A stretch of 64,000 nt of DNA from Pseudomonadota bacterium (lineage in GTDB: Bacteria > Pseudomonadota > Gammaproteobacteria > Pseudomonadales > Moraxellaceae), in NCBI GenBank assembly GCA_040385225.1, contig JAZKHU010000006.1:60554-124553 (forward strand), given 5' to 3'. The translations under genes were made by a program, and so were the position numbers. This document shows positions 38,068 to 49,024 of the stretch, piece after piece; positions within the stretch are counted from its first letter, which is position 1, and the number at the start of each line of letters is the position of its first letter. Under the pieces are notes generated by a model. It was not told the DNA's origin, searched no databases, and saw only the letters and a program-made list of their open reading frames with translations.

Positions 38068-39627
38068 ATGTCCAGCCCACCTTTGCAGTCTACCAATAAC
38101 CGCTTATGGCGTTCGACTTTCATTGTCAGTGCCATGACCTTGTTGTCGCGTATTGCCGGGCTGGTGCGCGATATGGTGTTCATGAACCTGTTCGGCGCCG
38201 GCAAGCTCATGGACGCCTTTCTGGTGGCGTTCAAGATCCCCAATTTTCTGCGTCGCCTGTTTGCCGAGGGCGCGTTCTCGCAGGCCTTTGTGCCGGTCCT
38301 GACCGATGTCCGTGCGCAGCGCGGCGAAGCTGCCGTGCGCCAGCTGATTGATCATGTCGCCGGCTCGCTGACGCTGATCATTGGCAGCATCAGCGCGATC
38401 GCGATTGTCTTTGCGCCGGCCATCATCTTCATTTTTGCGCCGGGGTTCCGTGAGGATGCGCTGCGCTTTGATCTCGCCGCCGATATGCTGCGCATCACCT
38501 TTCCTTATCTATTGCTGATTTCGCTGACGGCGTTTGCCGGCGGCATTCTCAATACCTATGGCCGTTTCGGCGCATCCAGCTTCACGCCGGTGCTGATGAA
38601 CCTGAGCATGATCGGCTGTGCGATCTGGCTGGCTCCGTTGCTGACCACGCCGATCATGGCGCTGGCCTGGGGTGTACTCATCTCCGGCATCGTCCAGCTC
38701 GGCTTTCAGTGGCTGCCCTTGCGCCAGATCAATCTGGTGCCGCGCTTCAAGCCCGATTTCAAAGATCCCGATGTGAAGCGCATTCTGACGCTGATGGTGC
38801 CGGCCATGTTCGGGGTGTCGGTGAGCCAGATCAATTTGCTGCTGGATACCATTCTGGCGTCGTTTCTGGTCGCGGGCTCGGTGTCCTGGCTGTATACCGC
38901 CGAGCGTCTGACCGAGCTGCCGCTGGGGCTGATCGGCATCGCGGTGGCGACGGTGATTTTGCCGACGCTGTCGGCCAAACATGCGGAAAAGTCGGATGCC
39001 GAATTTCGCGGCACCATCGATTGGGCGCTGAAAGTGATTTTTGTGGTCGGTGTGCCGGCGTCACTGGCGATGGGCATCCTGGCGGAGCCCTTGATGGCGT
39101 CGCTGTTCCATCACGGCCAGTTTGACCGCGTTGATGTGGTGAAGTCGGCGATGGCCTTGCAGGCACTGTCCGGCGGCATTCTTGCCTTCATGCTGATCAA
39201 GGTTTTCGCGCCGGCGTTTTATGCCCGGCAGGATGTGAAGACGCCGGTTCGCATCGGCATCATCGCCATGGTGGCAAATATGGTCTTTAACCTGATGCTG
39301 GTCTGGCATCTGGAGCATGTCGGCCTGTCGCTGGCCAGCACCTTGTCGGCTTTCCTCAATGCCGGCCTGCTTTATAAAGGGCTACATCAGAAAGGCATCT
39401 ATCGTTTTGAGCGGCACTGGGTGGCGCTGGCGCTGCGTTTTGCGCTGGCCAATGCGGCGATGGTGGCGGTACTGCTGGCCATCACGCCGGACAGCAGCTG
39501 GTGGTTGGATGGCCAGGGATGGTCGCGTGTGGGCTGGGTACTGCTGATTTGTGCTGCCGGTGCGGCGAGTTATGGCGTGGCGTTGCTGGCAGTAGGCTTC
39601 CGGCCACGTGAGCTGCGCCATCACTGA
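38068..39627 (+). CDS. murJ: Lipid II flippase MurJ (MviN)
   Basis: 519 aa polytopic protein. ...SAMTLLSRIAGLVRDMVFMNLFGAG...DAFLVAFKIPNFLRRLFAEGAFSQAFVP... are MurJ signatures. AGGAG RBS. Confidence 0.93.
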   Translation: MSSPPLQSTNNRLWRSTFIVSAMTLLSRIAGLVRDMVFMNLFGAGKLMDAFLVAFKIPNFLRRLFAEGAFSQAFVPVLTDVRAQRGEAAVRQLIDHVAGSLTLIIGSISAIAIVFAPAIIFIFAPGFREDALRFDLAADMLRITFPYLLLISLTAFAGGILNTYGRFGASSFTPVLMNLSMIGCAIWLAPLLTTPIMALAWGVLISGIVQLGFQWLPLRQINLVPRFKPDFKDPDVKRILTLMVPAMFGVSVSQINLLLDTILASFLVAGSVSWLYTAERLTELPLGLIGIAVATVILPTLSAKHAEKSDAEFRGTIDWALKVIFVVGVPASLAMGILAEPLMASLFHHGQFDRVDVVKSAMALQALSGGILAFMLIKVFAPAFYARQDVKTPVRIGIIAMVANMVFNLMLVWHLEHVGLSLASTLSAFLNAGLLYKGLHQKGIYRFERHWVALALRFALANAAMVAVLLAITPDSSWWLDGQGWSRVGWVLLICAAGAASYGVALLAVGFRPRELRHH

Positions 39628-39673
39628 TGCGCATCCTTTATACTGCGGTGTTTTCATACGGTGATCTGGCCCC

Positions 39674-40621
39674 ATGCAGCTGATTCGCGGATTGCACAAT
39701 TTGCGCCCCGAGCACCGGGGTAATGCCGTCACTATCGGTAATTTTGATGGCGTGCATCTCGGCCATCAGGCCATGGTGGCGGCGCTCAAGCAGCGTGCCG
39801 ATGCCCTCGGTGTGCCGGCGCTGGTGATGTGCTTCGAACCGCAGCCGCAGGAGTTCTTTGCCGAGGCGGCGGGTCGCGATGCACCAGCGCGTCTGATGAC
39901 CTGGCGCGACAAAGTGGAGGCGCTGGCCGAGGCGGGCGCTGATCGCGTGCTGTTGGTGCGTTTTGATGCGCGCTTTCGGGCCTATACGGCCAGCGGCTTT
40001 ATTGATGAGTTGCTGGTGTCGGCGCTGGGTGCTCGCCATGTGCTGGTTGGCGATGACTTCCGTTTTGGCTGCGATCGCAGCGGCGATCATGCCTTGCTCA
40101 CCGCCTGTGGCCAGCAACAGGGTTTTAGCGTCGGGCAGATGCCGACGGTGACGGTGGCCGATGAGCGCGTCAGCAGCACGCGCCTGCGCACCGCTGTGGC
40201 GCATGCCGACTTTGTGCTGGCCGAAGCGCTGACCGGCCGGCCATTTGCCGTTGCCGGTCATGTGGTGCACGGCGACAAGCTCGGCCGCACGCTGGGCTTG
40301 CCCACGGCGAATTTGCTCATGCATCGGCAGGTCTTGCCTCTGCGCGGCGTCTTCGCCGTCGAGGTATTCGGGGCCGATGCCGGTGCGCCGGAACGCGCCT
40401 GGCCTGCTGTGGCTAATGTGGGATCGCGACCGACCGTGCAGGGCGTGCAGGCGCGCTGCGAAAGCTTTTTGCTGAATTTTAGCGGTGATCTTTACGGTCG
40501 CCGCCTGCGTGTGGTGTTTCGCCACAAGCTGCGTGATGAACAGCGTTTTCCGTCTCTGGATGCGCTGAAAACGGCTATCGAGGCAGATGTTGCCGCTGGC
40601 CATGACTACTTTGCGGTGTAA
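39674..40621 (+). CDS. ribF: Bifunctional riboflavin kinase / FMN adenylyltransferase
   Basis: ...[17 protein letters not shown]... at the N-terminus and a riboflavin kinase C-terminal half ([11 protein letters not shown]). Confidence 0.93.
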   Translation: MQLIRGLHNLRPEHRGNAVTIGNFDGVHLGHQAMVAALKQRADALGVPALVMCFEPQPQEFFAEAAGRDAPARLMTWRDKVEALAEAGADRVLLVRFDARFRAYTASGFIDELLVSALGARHVLVGDDFRFGCDRSGDHALLTACGQQQGFSVGQMPTVTVADERVSSTRLRTAVAHADFVLAEALTGRPFAVAGHVVHGDKLGRTLGLPTANLLMHRQVLPLRGVFAVEVFGADAGAPERAWPAVANVGSRPTVQGVQARCESFLLNFSGDLYGRRLRVVFRHKLRDEQRFPSLDALKTAIEADVAAGHDYFAV

Positions 40622-40631
40622 CGAGCGCTTT

Positions 40632-43454
40632 ATGGATTACAAGAACACGCTGAACCTGCCGGAAACCGACTTTGCCATGAAGGCCAGCCTGGCCACGCGC
40701 GAACCGGCGCGCGTCGAGGCCTGGCGCGAAAAGCAGCTGTATGCGCAGATTCGTGCCGCACGGGCCGGTGCACCCAAGTTCATCCTGCATGACGGCCCGC
40801 CGTATGCCAACGGCGACATCCATATCGGTCACGCCGTGAACAAGATACTGAAAGACATCATCGTGAAGGCGAAGACGATGAGCGGCTTTGATGCGCCCTA
40901 TGTGCCGGGCTGGGACTGTCATGGCCTGCCCATTGAGCTCAATGTGGAGAAGCAGGTCGGCAAGCCGGGTGTGAAGGTCAGCGCGAAAGAGTTCCGCGAG
41001 AAGTGCCGCGAATATGCCGCGTCGCAGGTTGCGCGTCAGTCCGTCGATTTTCAGCGCCTGGGCGTGTTCGGCGATTGGGAGAACCCCTACCTGACGATGA
41101 ACTACACGCAGGAAGCCGACATCATCCGCGTGCTCGGCCAGATCGCCGGCAACGGCCATCTGCACAAGGGCTTGAAGCCGGTGCACTGGTGCATGGACTG
41201 TGCGTCGGCACTGGCCGAGGCGGAAGTGGAGTATCAGGACAAGACATCGGCGGCGATTGATGTCGGTTTTGCCGTGGTTGATGCCGGCGACTTTTCGAAG
41301 CGCGTTGGCGTTGCAGTGCCGTCCGCCGAGCTGGTGATCTGGACCACCACGCCGTGGACGCTGCCGGCCAACCAAGCAGTGTCGCTGCATCCTGAGCTGG
41401 CTTATGTGGTCGTGCGCGTGACGGTTGCCGGCGGCGTGCGTCATCTCGTGCTTGCCGAGTCGCTGTGGGAAGCCGCTGTGGCTCGCTATGAAGGCAGCGA
41501 TGCCGAAGTGCTGGCGACATTCGCCGGTCAGGCGCTGGAAGGTCTGCAACTGCAGCATCCGTTCTATGCGCGCCTGGTGCCGGTGATTGTCGGCGAGCAT
41601 GTCACGGCCGATGCCGGCACCGGCGCTGTGCATACCGCGCCCGGTCACGGTCAGGACGACTTTGTGATTGGTCGCGTCTACGGCCTGCCGGTGGACAACC
41701 CAGTTGATGGCAACGGCGTGTTCCTGCCGAGCACGCCGCGCTTTGCCGGTTTGCATGTGAACAAGGCCAACGACGCGATCCTCGACGCCCTGCGCGAACC
41801 CCGCGCCGATGGCTCGTTTGCGCTGCTCTGCTACAAGAAAATCCAGCACAGCTATCCGCACTGCTGGCGCCACAAGACGCCGATCATCTTCCGCGCTACG
41901 CCGCAGTGGTTTATCAGCATGACCCAGAATGGTCTGCGTGATACCGCACTGGAAGCGATCAAGCAGGTGCAGTGGCTGCCGGACTGGGGTCAGGCGCGTA
42001 TCGAAGGCATGGTCGCTGGCCGCCCGGACTGGTGCATCTCGCGTCAGCGCACTTGGGGCGTGCCGATCACGCTGTTCGTGCACAAAGAAACCGGCGAGCT
42101 GCATCCGCGCACAGCCGAGCTGATCGAGCAGGTCGCGCTGCGTGTCGAGGCCGAGGGCATCGAGGCGTGGTTCTCGCTGGCGGCCAGCGAGCTGCTGGGC
42201 GATGAAGCCGATCAGTACGACAAGGCCACTGACACGCTCGATGTCTGGTTCGATTCCGGCGTCACTCATGCCTGCGTGCTCAAGCGTTTCGACGGCTTGC
42301 AGTACCCTGCTGATCTTTACCTGGAAGGCTCGGATCAGCATCGCGGCTGGTTCCAGTCATCGCTGCTGACGGCTGTCGGTGCCAACGGCTCGGCCCCGTT
42401 CAAGACCGTGCTCACGCATGGCTTCACGGTGGATGGCCAGGGCCGCAAGATGTCGAAGTCGGTGGGCAATGTGGTCGCGCCGCAGAAGGTCATGCAGACC
42501 CTCGGTGCCGACATCATCCGTCTCTGGGTCTCGGCCACCGATTACCGTGGCGAGATGTCGGTCAGCGACGAAATTCTCACGCGCATGTCCGACAGCTACC
42601 GTCGCATCCGCAACACGCTGCGCTTTCTGCTGTCGAACCTGAACGGCTTCGACCCGGTGCGCGATGCCGTGCCGGCCGCCGACATGCTCGCGCTGGATCG
42701 CTGGGTGGTGGATGCCGCTGCGCGCCTGCAGGACGACATCCGCGTGGCCTACGACGATCTGCAGTTCCACCAGATCTATCACAAGCTGCATAACTTCTGC
42801 GTGGTCGAGCTCGGGGGCTTCTACCTCGACATCATCAAGGATCGTCAGTACACCACGCAGGCGCAGTCGCTGGCGCGTCGTTCGGTGCAGACCGCGCTCT
42901 GGCACATCGCCGAGGCGTTCGTGCGCTGGGCAGCGCCCATCCTCAGCTTTACCGCCGAGGAAATCTGGGAAGTGCTGCCGGGCGAGCGTGTCGGCTCGGT
43001 GTTTCTGGCTGAGTGGTACATCGGCCTGGCACGTCTGCCGGAGGATCAGCCGTTGCTCACGCGCGACTACTGGACGCAGGTGCTGGCGGTGAAATCGGCG
43101 GTGAACAAGCAGATCGAAGAGGCACGCAATCGCAAGGAAGTCGGCTCGGGGCTGTCGGCTGAGGTCGAGCTGTTTGTGACGCCGGCGCTGAAGGACTTGC
43201 TGACGCCGCTGGGCGACGAACTGCGCTTCGTGCTCATCACCTCGGCCGTGCGTCTGCGTGCGCTGGCGGAAGACGGTGGTGTGGCGACGGATGTGGAGGG
43301 CTTGCGTGTGGCTGTGCTGGCGTCGGCGCATGCCAAGTGCGCCCGTTGCTGGCATTACCGCGCCGATGTGGGTAGTCATGCCGAGCATCCGGAAATCTGC
43401 GCGCGCTGCGTCGCCAATGTTGTTGGTTTAGGTGAGGTGCGCTGCCATGCGTAA
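40632..43454 (+). CDS. ileS: Isoleucine--tRNA ligase
   Basis: [18 protein letters not shown]..., HIGH ([11 protein letters not shown]), KMSKS, and a C-terminal Zn-finger Cys (CARCWHY...CARC). Start trimmed to ATG 40632. Confidence 0.97.
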   Translation: MDYKNTLNLPETDFAMKASLATREPARVEAWREKQLYAQIRAARAGAPKFILHDGPPYANGDIHIGHAVNKILKDIIVKAKTMSGFDAPYVPGWDCHGLPIELNVEKQVGKPGVKVSAKEFREKCREYAASQVARQSVDFQRLGVFGDWENPYLTMNYTQEADIIRVLGQIAGNGHLHKGLKPVHWCMDCASALAEAEVEYQDKTSAAIDVGFAVVDAGDFSKRVGVAVPSAELVIWTTTPWTLPANQAVSLHPELAYVVVRVTVAGGVRHLVLAESLWEAAVARYEGSDAEVLATFAGQALEGLQLQHPFYARLVPVIVGEHVTADAGTGAVHTAPGHGQDDFVIGRVYGLPVDNPVDGNGVFLPSTPRFAGLHVNKANDAILDALREPRADGSFALLCYKKIQHSYPHCWRHKTPIIFRATPQWFISMTQNGLRDTALEAIKQVQWLPDWGQARIEGMVAGRPDWCISRQRTWGVPITLFVHKETGELHPRTAELIEQVALRVEAEGIEAWFSLAASELLGDEADQYDKATDTLDVWFDSGVTHACVLKRFDGLQYPADLYLEGSDQHRGWFQSSLLTAVGANGSAPFKTVLTHGFTVDGQGRKMSKSVGNVVAPQKVMQTLGADIIRLWVSATDYRGEMSVSDEILTRMSDSYRRIRNTLRFLLSNLNGFDPVRDAVPAADMLALDRWVVDAAARLQDDIRVAYDDLQFHQIYHKLHNFCVVELGGFYLDIIKDRQYTTQAQSLARRSVQTALWHIAEAFVRWAAPILSFTAEEIWEVLPGERVGSVFLAEWYIGLARLPEDQPLLTRDYWTQVLAVKSAVNKQIEEARNRKEVGSGLSAEVELFVTPALKDLLTPLGDELRFVLITSAVRLRALAEDGGVATDVEGLRVAVLASAHAKCARCWHYRADVGSHAEHPEICARCVANVVGLGEVRCHA

Positions 43455-43944
43455 GCTTTTTGCTGCCCCGTGGGGCTGGCTGTGGATTGCCGTGGCCGTA
43501 TTCATCGCGGATTACTTCACCAAGGTCTGGGCTACCGAATCGTTGGTCTACGGTTGGCCGCGCTTCGTGCAGCCGTGGCTGAACTGGACACTGGCGCACA
43601 ACACCGGTGCAGCGTTCAGCTTTCTGCACGATGCCGGTGGTTGGCAGCGCTGGTTCTTTGTCGCCATTGGCGTGCTGGTCAGCATTTTCCTGCTGGTCTG
43701 GCTGAAGCGCCTGCCCTCCGGCTCACGCTGGCTGCCGCTGGCCATCGTGTTGCTGCTCGGCGGTGCCTGGGGCAATCTCTACGATCGTGCCCTGCAAGGC
43801 TATGTCGTTGACTTTATTCATGTGCACTGGGCCGGCTGGAACTTTCCGGCGTTCAATATTGCCGATTGCGGCATTACCGTCGGGGCCATCATGCTGGTCA
43901 TCGACAGTCTGTTTCTGGAAGCGCGACGCGAGAGCAAGTCATGA
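43447..43944 (+). CDS. lspA: Lipoprotein signal peptidase (signal peptidase II)
   Basis: ...[10 protein letters not shown]...[16 protein letters not shown]... are LspA motifs. Overlaps the ileS end by 8 nt. Confidence 0.92.
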   Translation: MRKLFAAPWGWLWIAVAVFIADYFTKVWATESLVYGWPRFVQPWLNWTLAHNTGAAFSFLHDAGGWQRWFFVAIGVLVSIFLLVWLKRLPSGSRWLPLAIVLLLGGAWGNLYDRALQGYVVDFIHVHWAGWNFPAFNIADCGITVGAIMLVIDSLFLEARRESKS

Positions 43945-44393
43945 ACGCAGTAGGGCCGGGCAAGCGCGTGAGCTTGCATTTTTCCGTGGCGCTGAGCTCG
44001 GGCGAGCAGCTCGACAGCACACACGAGCGTAGCGAGCCGCCGACGATGGTCGTTGGTGATGGCAGCCTGCTGCCGGCATTTGAGGCGGCCATCGAGGGCA
44101 TGAAGGCTGGCGAGCAGGGCCGCTTCGTCATTGCCAACGGGTTTGGCGAGTGGAACGAAGACAGCGTGCAGCATTTTCCGCGCCACCAGTTCGGCGAGCA
44201 GCTGCTGGAGCCGGGCATGGTCATGCATTTTGCCGATGCCAGCGGCGCCGAGCTGCCGGGCATCATCAAGGATCTGCCGGAAGGCATCGTGGTGGTGGAT
44301 TTCAACCATCCGCTGGCCGGGCGCGAGCTGGTGTTCAGCGTTGATATTCTGCGTGTGATGGACGCTGATGCCAGCGCCGTCACGCTGAACTGA
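43941..44393 (+). CDS. fkpB: FKBP-type peptidyl-prolyl cis-trans isomerase (FkpB/SlpA-like)
   Basis: 150 aa. ...VSLHFSVALSSGEQLDST...VVVDFNHPLAGRELVFSVDIL... ATGA overlap with lspA in the conserved lspA-fkpB-ispH order. Confidence 0.88.
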   Translation: MNAVGPGKRVSLHFSVALSSGEQLDSTHERSEPPTMVVGDGSLLPAFEAAIEGMKAGEQGRFVIANGFGEWNEDSVQHFPRHQFGEQLLEPGMVMHFADASGAELPGIIKDLPEGIVVVDFNHPLAGRELVFSVDILRVMDADASAVTLN

Positions 44394-44414
44394 ATCAGAG
44401 AGAGGGAGCCGGTC

Positions 44415-45365
44415 ATGGACATCAAACTTGCCAATCCGCGTGGCTTCTGTGCCGGCGTTGATCGAGCCATCGAAATCGTCAATCGGGCGCTGGAGGTTTT
44501 CGGTCGCCCGATTTATGTCCGCCATGAGGTCGTGCACAACAAGTTCGTGGTCGATGACCTGCGCAATCGCGGCGCAGTCTTTGTCGATGAGCTGGATCAG
44601 GTGCCCGACGATGCCATTGTCATCTTCTCTGCGCATGGCGTATCGAAGACTGTGCAGAGCGAGGCTGCTGCGCGTGGCCTGAAAGTCTTCGACGCGACGT
44701 GCCCGCTGGTGACCAAGGTCCACATGGAGGTCGCGCGTTACGCCCGCAGCGGCACCGAAGCCATTCTGATCGGCCACGAAGGTCACCCGGAAGTGGAAGG
44801 CACCATGGGCCAGTATGAGCGTCATTACGGCGGCGATATCTACCTCGTCGAAGATGAGGCTGATGTCGCCAGGCTGGTCGTGCGCAATCCGGAAAACCTG
44901 GCCTTTGTCACCCAGACCACGCTTTCTGTGGACGATACCGCGCGTGTCATCGACGCTCTGCGCGCCAAGTTCCCGGCGATTCAGGGCCCGCGCAAGGACG
45001 ACATCTGCTACGCCACGCAGAACCGTCAGGATGCCGTGAAGACGCTGGCCGAGCAGTGCCAGGTCGTGCTTGTAGTGGGCTCGCCGAACTCGTCGAACTC
45101 CAACCGTCTGCGCGAACTGGCCGAGCGTATCGGCGCTCAGGCCTACCTGATCGACAACGCTGACCAGATCGAAAAAGCCTGGCTGCAGGATGCCCAGGCG
45201 GTCGGCGTTACAGCCGGTGCTTCGGCACCGGAAGTGCTGATCGCACAGGTCATCCAGCGCCTCAGCGATTGGGGCGGCAATGCCCCGGAAGAGCTGGCGG
45301 GCCGCCCCGAGCACATCGTGTTTTCCATGCCGAAAGAGCTGCGCATTCCCGTCAAGGCGGTGTAA
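44415..45365 (+). CDS. ispH: 4-hydroxy-3-methylbut-2-enyl diphosphate reductase
   Basis: [22 protein letters not shown]...SAHGVS...[10 protein letters not shown]... are the LytB/IspH Cys motifs. Confidence 0.96.
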   Translation: MDIKLANPRGFCAGVDRAIEIVNRALEVFGRPIYVRHEVVHNKFVVDDLRNRGAVFVDELDQVPDDAIVIFSAHGVSKTVQSEAAARGLKVFDATCPLVTKVHMEVARYARSGTEAILIGHEGHPEVEGTMGQYERHYGGDIYLVEDEADVARLVVRNPENLAFVTQTTLSVDDTARVIDALRAKFPAIQGPRKDDICYATQNRQDAVKTLAEQCQVVLVVGSPNSSNSNRLRELAERIGAQAYLIDNADQIEKAWLQDAQAVGVTAGASAPEVLIAQVIQRLSDWGGNAPEELAGRPEHIVFSMPKELRIPVKAV

Positions 45366-45474
45366 AAGCGCGATGGCCTGCCGCTGGTCGTACCGGTCGT
45401 CGCATGAGCTGGCGAAACAGCAGGGGCTGTCCTAGTTTTTAGTCACAGACAGGAGGTCTGTGCGGAGACTGGTC

Positions 45475-46032
45475 ATGGATGACTCAGGCCAAGGATGGCT
45501 GCGATGCATTCCCTCAATACGCATTTTTTCAAAGCGCGCTGTTGCCCGACGCGGCATGGCCTTGCCCGAGGCACTGATAGCGCTGGCGTTGCTCGGCGTG
45601 GCCTTGAACGGCCTGCTTGCGGCACATTGGCAGGCGCGTCAGCTCCAGCACACAGCAGCATCGCGCCAGCATGCTTTGCTGGCGTTGCAAGACTTTGCCG
45701 TGCGCTGGCGTCTCAATCCTGCCGGCGATTCCACCTATCGCGGTGCCTTGGCGCAGCCCTTGCCTGAGAGCACTCATGTTGATGCCTGCCAATGGCAGGC
45801 CTGCACGCCAGCGGCGCGAGCGCAGGCAGACATATCGGCGCTGGCCATGCAGTTGCAGCAAGGACTGACCCGCCCGCAGTGGCGTTTCGAGCCGTGTACG
45901 GATGCGTTTTCCTACTGTCTGCTGGTGGCATGGGCCGGAACCGAGGCGAGTGCCGGGCCGGAAGGCAGTTGTCTCGATGCCAGTGGACAGCGCCAGCCTG
46001 GCGCGCAATGCACGCGACTGGTGCTGCCATGA
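45475..46032 (+). CDS. pilV: Type IV pilus minor pilin, PilV-like
   Basis: Prepilin-like RRG/MALPEALIALALLGVAL (Glu at +5), a Cys-rich C-terminal domain, ending ...QCTRLVLP as in PilV. GGAGA RBS before ATG 45475. The leader is unusually long. Confidence 0.6.
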   Translation: MDDSGQGWLRCIPSIRIFSKRAVARRGMALPEALIALALLGVALNGLLAAHWQARQLQHTAASRQHALLALQDFAVRWRLNPAGDSTYRGALAQPLPESTHVDACQWQACTPAARAQADISALAMQLQQGLTRPQWRFEPCTDAFSYCLLVAWAGTEASAGPEGSCLDASGQRQPGAQCTRLVLP

Positions 46033-46802
46033 AAAACCGAGCGGCCTCTATGCAACGCGGCATGGCATTGGCGGAGTGGCTGCTGGCCAGTGTGCTGGGC
46101 TTGCTGACTCTGATGGCGGCACTGGCGTGGCTGAACAGCAGCTGGCAACTGGCGATTGCGCAACGACAGCCATTGCAGATGGCGAATGCCGGCGCCTGGA
46201 TTTTGCAGCGCATCAGCCTGAGTGCCGGGCTGGCAGGCTTTGGCGCCCTGCATCCCTTGCTGCTGGACGACCCAAGGTTGAGCATTTGGCGCAGCGAAAA
46301 CAACCTCGGCGTCGGCAAGCCGGCCAGCGATCAGCTGACCTTGCAGCGGCTGCTTGATCAGGACGTACTCGATTGCGAAGGCACGCGCGTGACGGCTGGC
46401 AATGTGCTGGTCGAGCGTTACTTCATGCGCGCCGACAGCAGCGCATCCGGTTGGGTTTTGGCTTGCGATGCCGGCCAGTGCGATGCCGACAGCTGCAGCC
46501 GTCTGGGCGATGCCGGTGCGGCGCTGCTGGCAGACATCGACAGCCTGCAAGTGCTTTATGGCGTGCCTGCAGAACCGGGCCAGACCAGCCAATATGTTGA
46601 TGCCTCCATGCTGAAGAGTATGTCTCCGACGCCGCGAGTCCTCAGTCTGAAGGTCGGCGTGCTGTTGCATGGCAGCGAGTCATTGCCGCGCAAGCGTCGC
46701 TGGCAGCCGCCGCCAGAGTGGCTGGGCCTGAGTCTCACTGCCGTCACTGATGCACGAGCTCATGCAGCTATCAGCCAGACGATGGAGTTGCCCAATGGCT
46801 GA
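46029..46802 (+). CDS. pilW: Type IV pilus minor pilin, PilW-like
   Basis: QRG/MALAEWLLASVLGLL prepilin motif and ...IDSLQVLYGV... typical of PilW. ATGA overlap with the preceding gene. Confidence 0.6.
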   Translation: MKNRAASMQRGMALAEWLLASVLGLLTLMAALAWLNSSWQLAIAQRQPLQMANAGAWILQRISLSAGLAGFGALHPLLLDDPRLSIWRSENNLGVGKPASDQLTLQRLLDQDVLDCEGTRVTAGNVLVERYFMRADSSASGWVLACDAGQCDADSCSRLGDAGAALLADIDSLQVLYGVPAEPGQTSQYVDASMLKSMSPTPRVLSLKVGVLLHGSESLPRKRRWQPPPEWLGLSLTAVTDARAHAAISQTMELPNG

Positions 46803-47340
46803 GCCCATTCTCCAAGAACAGGTGCAACAGCGCGGGCAAGTGCTCTGGGGCTTGCTGGTCATGCTCGGGATGCTTACCGAGCTGGCTTTGGGCAGTTTGC
46901 AGCTGGCTGCTCATGAAGGCATTTCTGTCAGCTTTTTCGAGCAGCGATTCCAGCAGGATCAGCGTCTGCAAGTCATCGCTCAGCAGCTTGGCCATTTGCC
47001 GATGCCGGCGCGGTCAGATGCGACGAGCGAGCTTTGGCATCCTGCCAGTGAGGCTGTACGTCAGGGTTGCGGGCAGGGCGGTCGCGATAGTTATGTCGCT
47101 GTCAGCCAGACCTGCGCTGCATCAACTCAACCGCTGCTGGTGTCGCTGCGGCAGCCGGGCGAATGGCAATGGCGGTTGATGCGTCTGGCGAATGATCCTG
47201 CGTTAGCCGACGAAGGCAGCGATATCGCCGCATTCCCCACTGTGCAAGCACAGAGTTGGCAACTGGAGATTGCTGTCGCCGGGCGTGCCGGCGCGCCAGC
47301 GCGAGGTCTGTGGCAGCGCTATCAGCAGGTGGTGCCATGA
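46795..47340 (+). CDS. pilX: PilX-like minor pilin (PilX N-terminal type)
   Basis: QQRGQVLWGLLVMLGMLTELAL resembles the PilX_N segment (no Glu5). Overlaps neighbours on both sides. Confidence 0.5.
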   Translation: MAEPILQEQVQQRGQVLWGLLVMLGMLTELALGSLQLAAHEGISVSFFEQRFQQDQRLQVIAQQLGHLPMPARSDATSELWHPASEAVRQGCGQGGRDSYVAVSQTCAASTQPLLVSLRQPGEWQWRLMRLANDPALADEGSDIAAFPTVQAQSWQLEIAVAGRAGAPARGLWQRYQQVVP

Positions 47341-47906
47341 GGACTTATATCCGCGGATTTCTGCTGATAGAGCAGCTGGTCGTTCTTGCCCTGAGTGTCT
47401 TGATGCTGAGTTATGCGCTGCAGGGCTGGGCCAGTTGGCAGCAAGCAAGCACGGCGCGTCAGCTTGGCCTGCAGTGGTCGCTCAGCCTGGCGCGTTTGCG
47501 CCAGCGTGCCTTGAGCGATGCCCAATCGTGGACCTTGTGCGCATCGCTCAATGCCAACAGTTGCCAAGGTGTCTGGACGGGGTCGTGGCTGGCCTTTGCC
47601 GATGCCAATGGCGACGGCCTGCATCAGTCGACCGAGTCGCGCATGAGCTTCGGCCCTGCCATTCCGCCGCACTGGCGTCTGATCTGGAAAGGTTTTCGAC
47701 CGGGCTCCGGCATCACCTGGTCTGATCTGGGTGATGCCGCGATATCCAATGGCACATTGACCCTGTGCGCTCCGAAAGCGCAGGATTCCGCTCTGCGTCA
47801 ATGGGTGGTGAGCAAGTCCGGGCGCGTGCGTCTGGTGCAGCCGTCAGGTTCGGCATCAATCCTGACGGCGGCGCGTGCCGTGTGTGCCGGCAGTGAGTCC
47901 GACTAA
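47337..47906 (+). CDS. fimT: GspH/FimT-family minor pilin
   Basis: MRTYIRG/FLLIEQLVVLALSVLML is a canonical prepilin motif. The GspH-like body ends ...SGRVRLVQP. ATGA overlap with the pilX-like gene. Confidence 0.65.
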   Translation: MRTYIRGFLLIEQLVVLALSVLMLSYALQGWASWQQASTARQLGLQWSLSLARLRQRALSDAQSWTLCASLNANSCQGVWTGSWLAFADANGDGLHQSTESRMSFGPAIPPHWRLIWKGFRPGSGITWSDLGDAAISNGTLTLCAPKAQDSALRQWVVSKSGRVRLVQPSGSASILTAARAVCAGSESD

Positions 47907-47919
47907 TGAAAAGGTACTG

Positions 47920-49008
47920 ATGACGATGCGGGTTCTGGTAGTGGGCGGCGGTATCAATGGCTTGCTGACAACGCGAGCCTTGGCGCAAGCCGGCGCAGAG
48001 GTGGTGCTGGTCGAACGTGGCCTGATTGGCCAGGAGGCGTCCTGGGCTGGCGGCGGCATCGTCTCGCCCTTGTATCCATGGCGTTATCCACCCGCAGTGA
48101 CGGCGTTGGCGCGCTGGGCGCAGGCGGCGTATCCCGCGCTTGCCGAGGCATTGATTGCCGAAACCGGTATCGATCCCGAGCTGACGACCAGCGGCTTGCT
48201 GTTTCTGGATGCACCCGATGCCCGCGATGCACAAGCCTGGGCACAGCAGCAGGGCGTTATCTGCTCATCCTGGCAGCAGCCGGCATTGCATCAGCAATGG
48301 CCCGGTCTGGCCAGGGATGTCGCGCAGGGCTTGTTTCTGCCCGAGGTAGCACAGGTGCGTAACCCGCGCTTGTTGAAAGCCTTGCGCGCTGCTCTGGCGC
48401 AGATGCCCAAAGTCACGCTGTGTGAACAGGCGGAAGTGGTGCAGGTGCGCAGCCAGCCATCGCCACACATCCAGCTGGTTTCAGGTGAGGTTCTGGCTGC
48501 CGATGCTGTGGTACTGACCGGTGGTGCTTGGACGCAAACGTTGTTGCGTGACCTCGGCCTGACATTGCCGGTGCGTCCGATCAAGGGTCAGATGCAACTC
48601 TATCAGCTGGTGCCTGGCGCGCTGACCACCATGATCCTGCGCAACGGCCATTATGTGATTCCGCGTCGCGATGGACTGGTGCTGTGCGGCTCGACGCTGG
48701 AAGACACCGGTTTCGACAAGTCCGTCACGGAAATGGCGCATGAGAAATTACGCACGGCGGCGATTTCGCTCTGGCCGGCCTTGGCGGATGCCGACTGCGT
48801 CGCGCAATGGGCGGGGCTGCGACCGAGCTCACCCAATGGCATCCCGTTCATTGGCGAGGTGCCGAATCAGCCAGGTCTGTGGGTCAATGCCGGACAGTTT
48901 CGCAATGGCTTGGTGCTGGCACCGGCATCGGCCCGGCTGCTTTGCGATCAGCTTCTCAAACGTTCGCCGGTCATGGATGTTGCGCCGTATCAGTTGTTTC
49001 CAGGCTAG
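47920..49008 (+). CDS. thiO: FAD-dependent oxidoreductase, glycine oxidase ThiO-like
   Basis: MRVLVVGGGINGLLTTRALAQAGAEVVLVER is a dinucleotide fold, with DAO-family length and a ...WAGLRPSSPNGIPFIG... motif. It occupies the same slot as the oxidoreductase next to the Pseudomonas fimT cluster (from memory). Confidence 0.7.
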   Translation: MTMRVLVVGGGINGLLTTRALAQAGAEVVLVERGLIGQEASWAGGGIVSPLYPWRYPPAVTALARWAQAAYPALAEALIAETGIDPELTTSGLLFLDAPDARDAQAWAQQQGVICSSWQQPALHQQWPGLARDVAQGLFLPEVAQVRNPRLLKALRAALAQMPKVTLCEQAEVVQVRSQPSPHIQLVSGEVLAADAVVLTGGAWTQTLLRDLGLTLPVRPIKGQMQLYQLVPGALTTMILRNGHYVIPRRDGLVLCGSTLEDTGFDKSVTEMAHEKLRTAAISLWPALADADCVAQWAGLRPSSPNGIPFIGEVPNQPGLWVNAGQFRNGLVLAPASARLLCDQLLKRSPVMDVAPYQLFPG

Positions 49009-49024
49009 CCGCTGTACGAGTGCC

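Noticed and set aside
40575-43388. 588-aa and 343-aa minus-strand ORFs antisense to ileS
   Set aside because: Shadow frames with Arg/His/Gly-rich compositions. ileS HIGH/KMSKS motifs lie on the plus strand.
43818-45314. 498-aa minus-strand ORF antisense to lspA-fkpB-ispH
   Set aside because: Shadow ORF across three conserved, translationally coupled genes.
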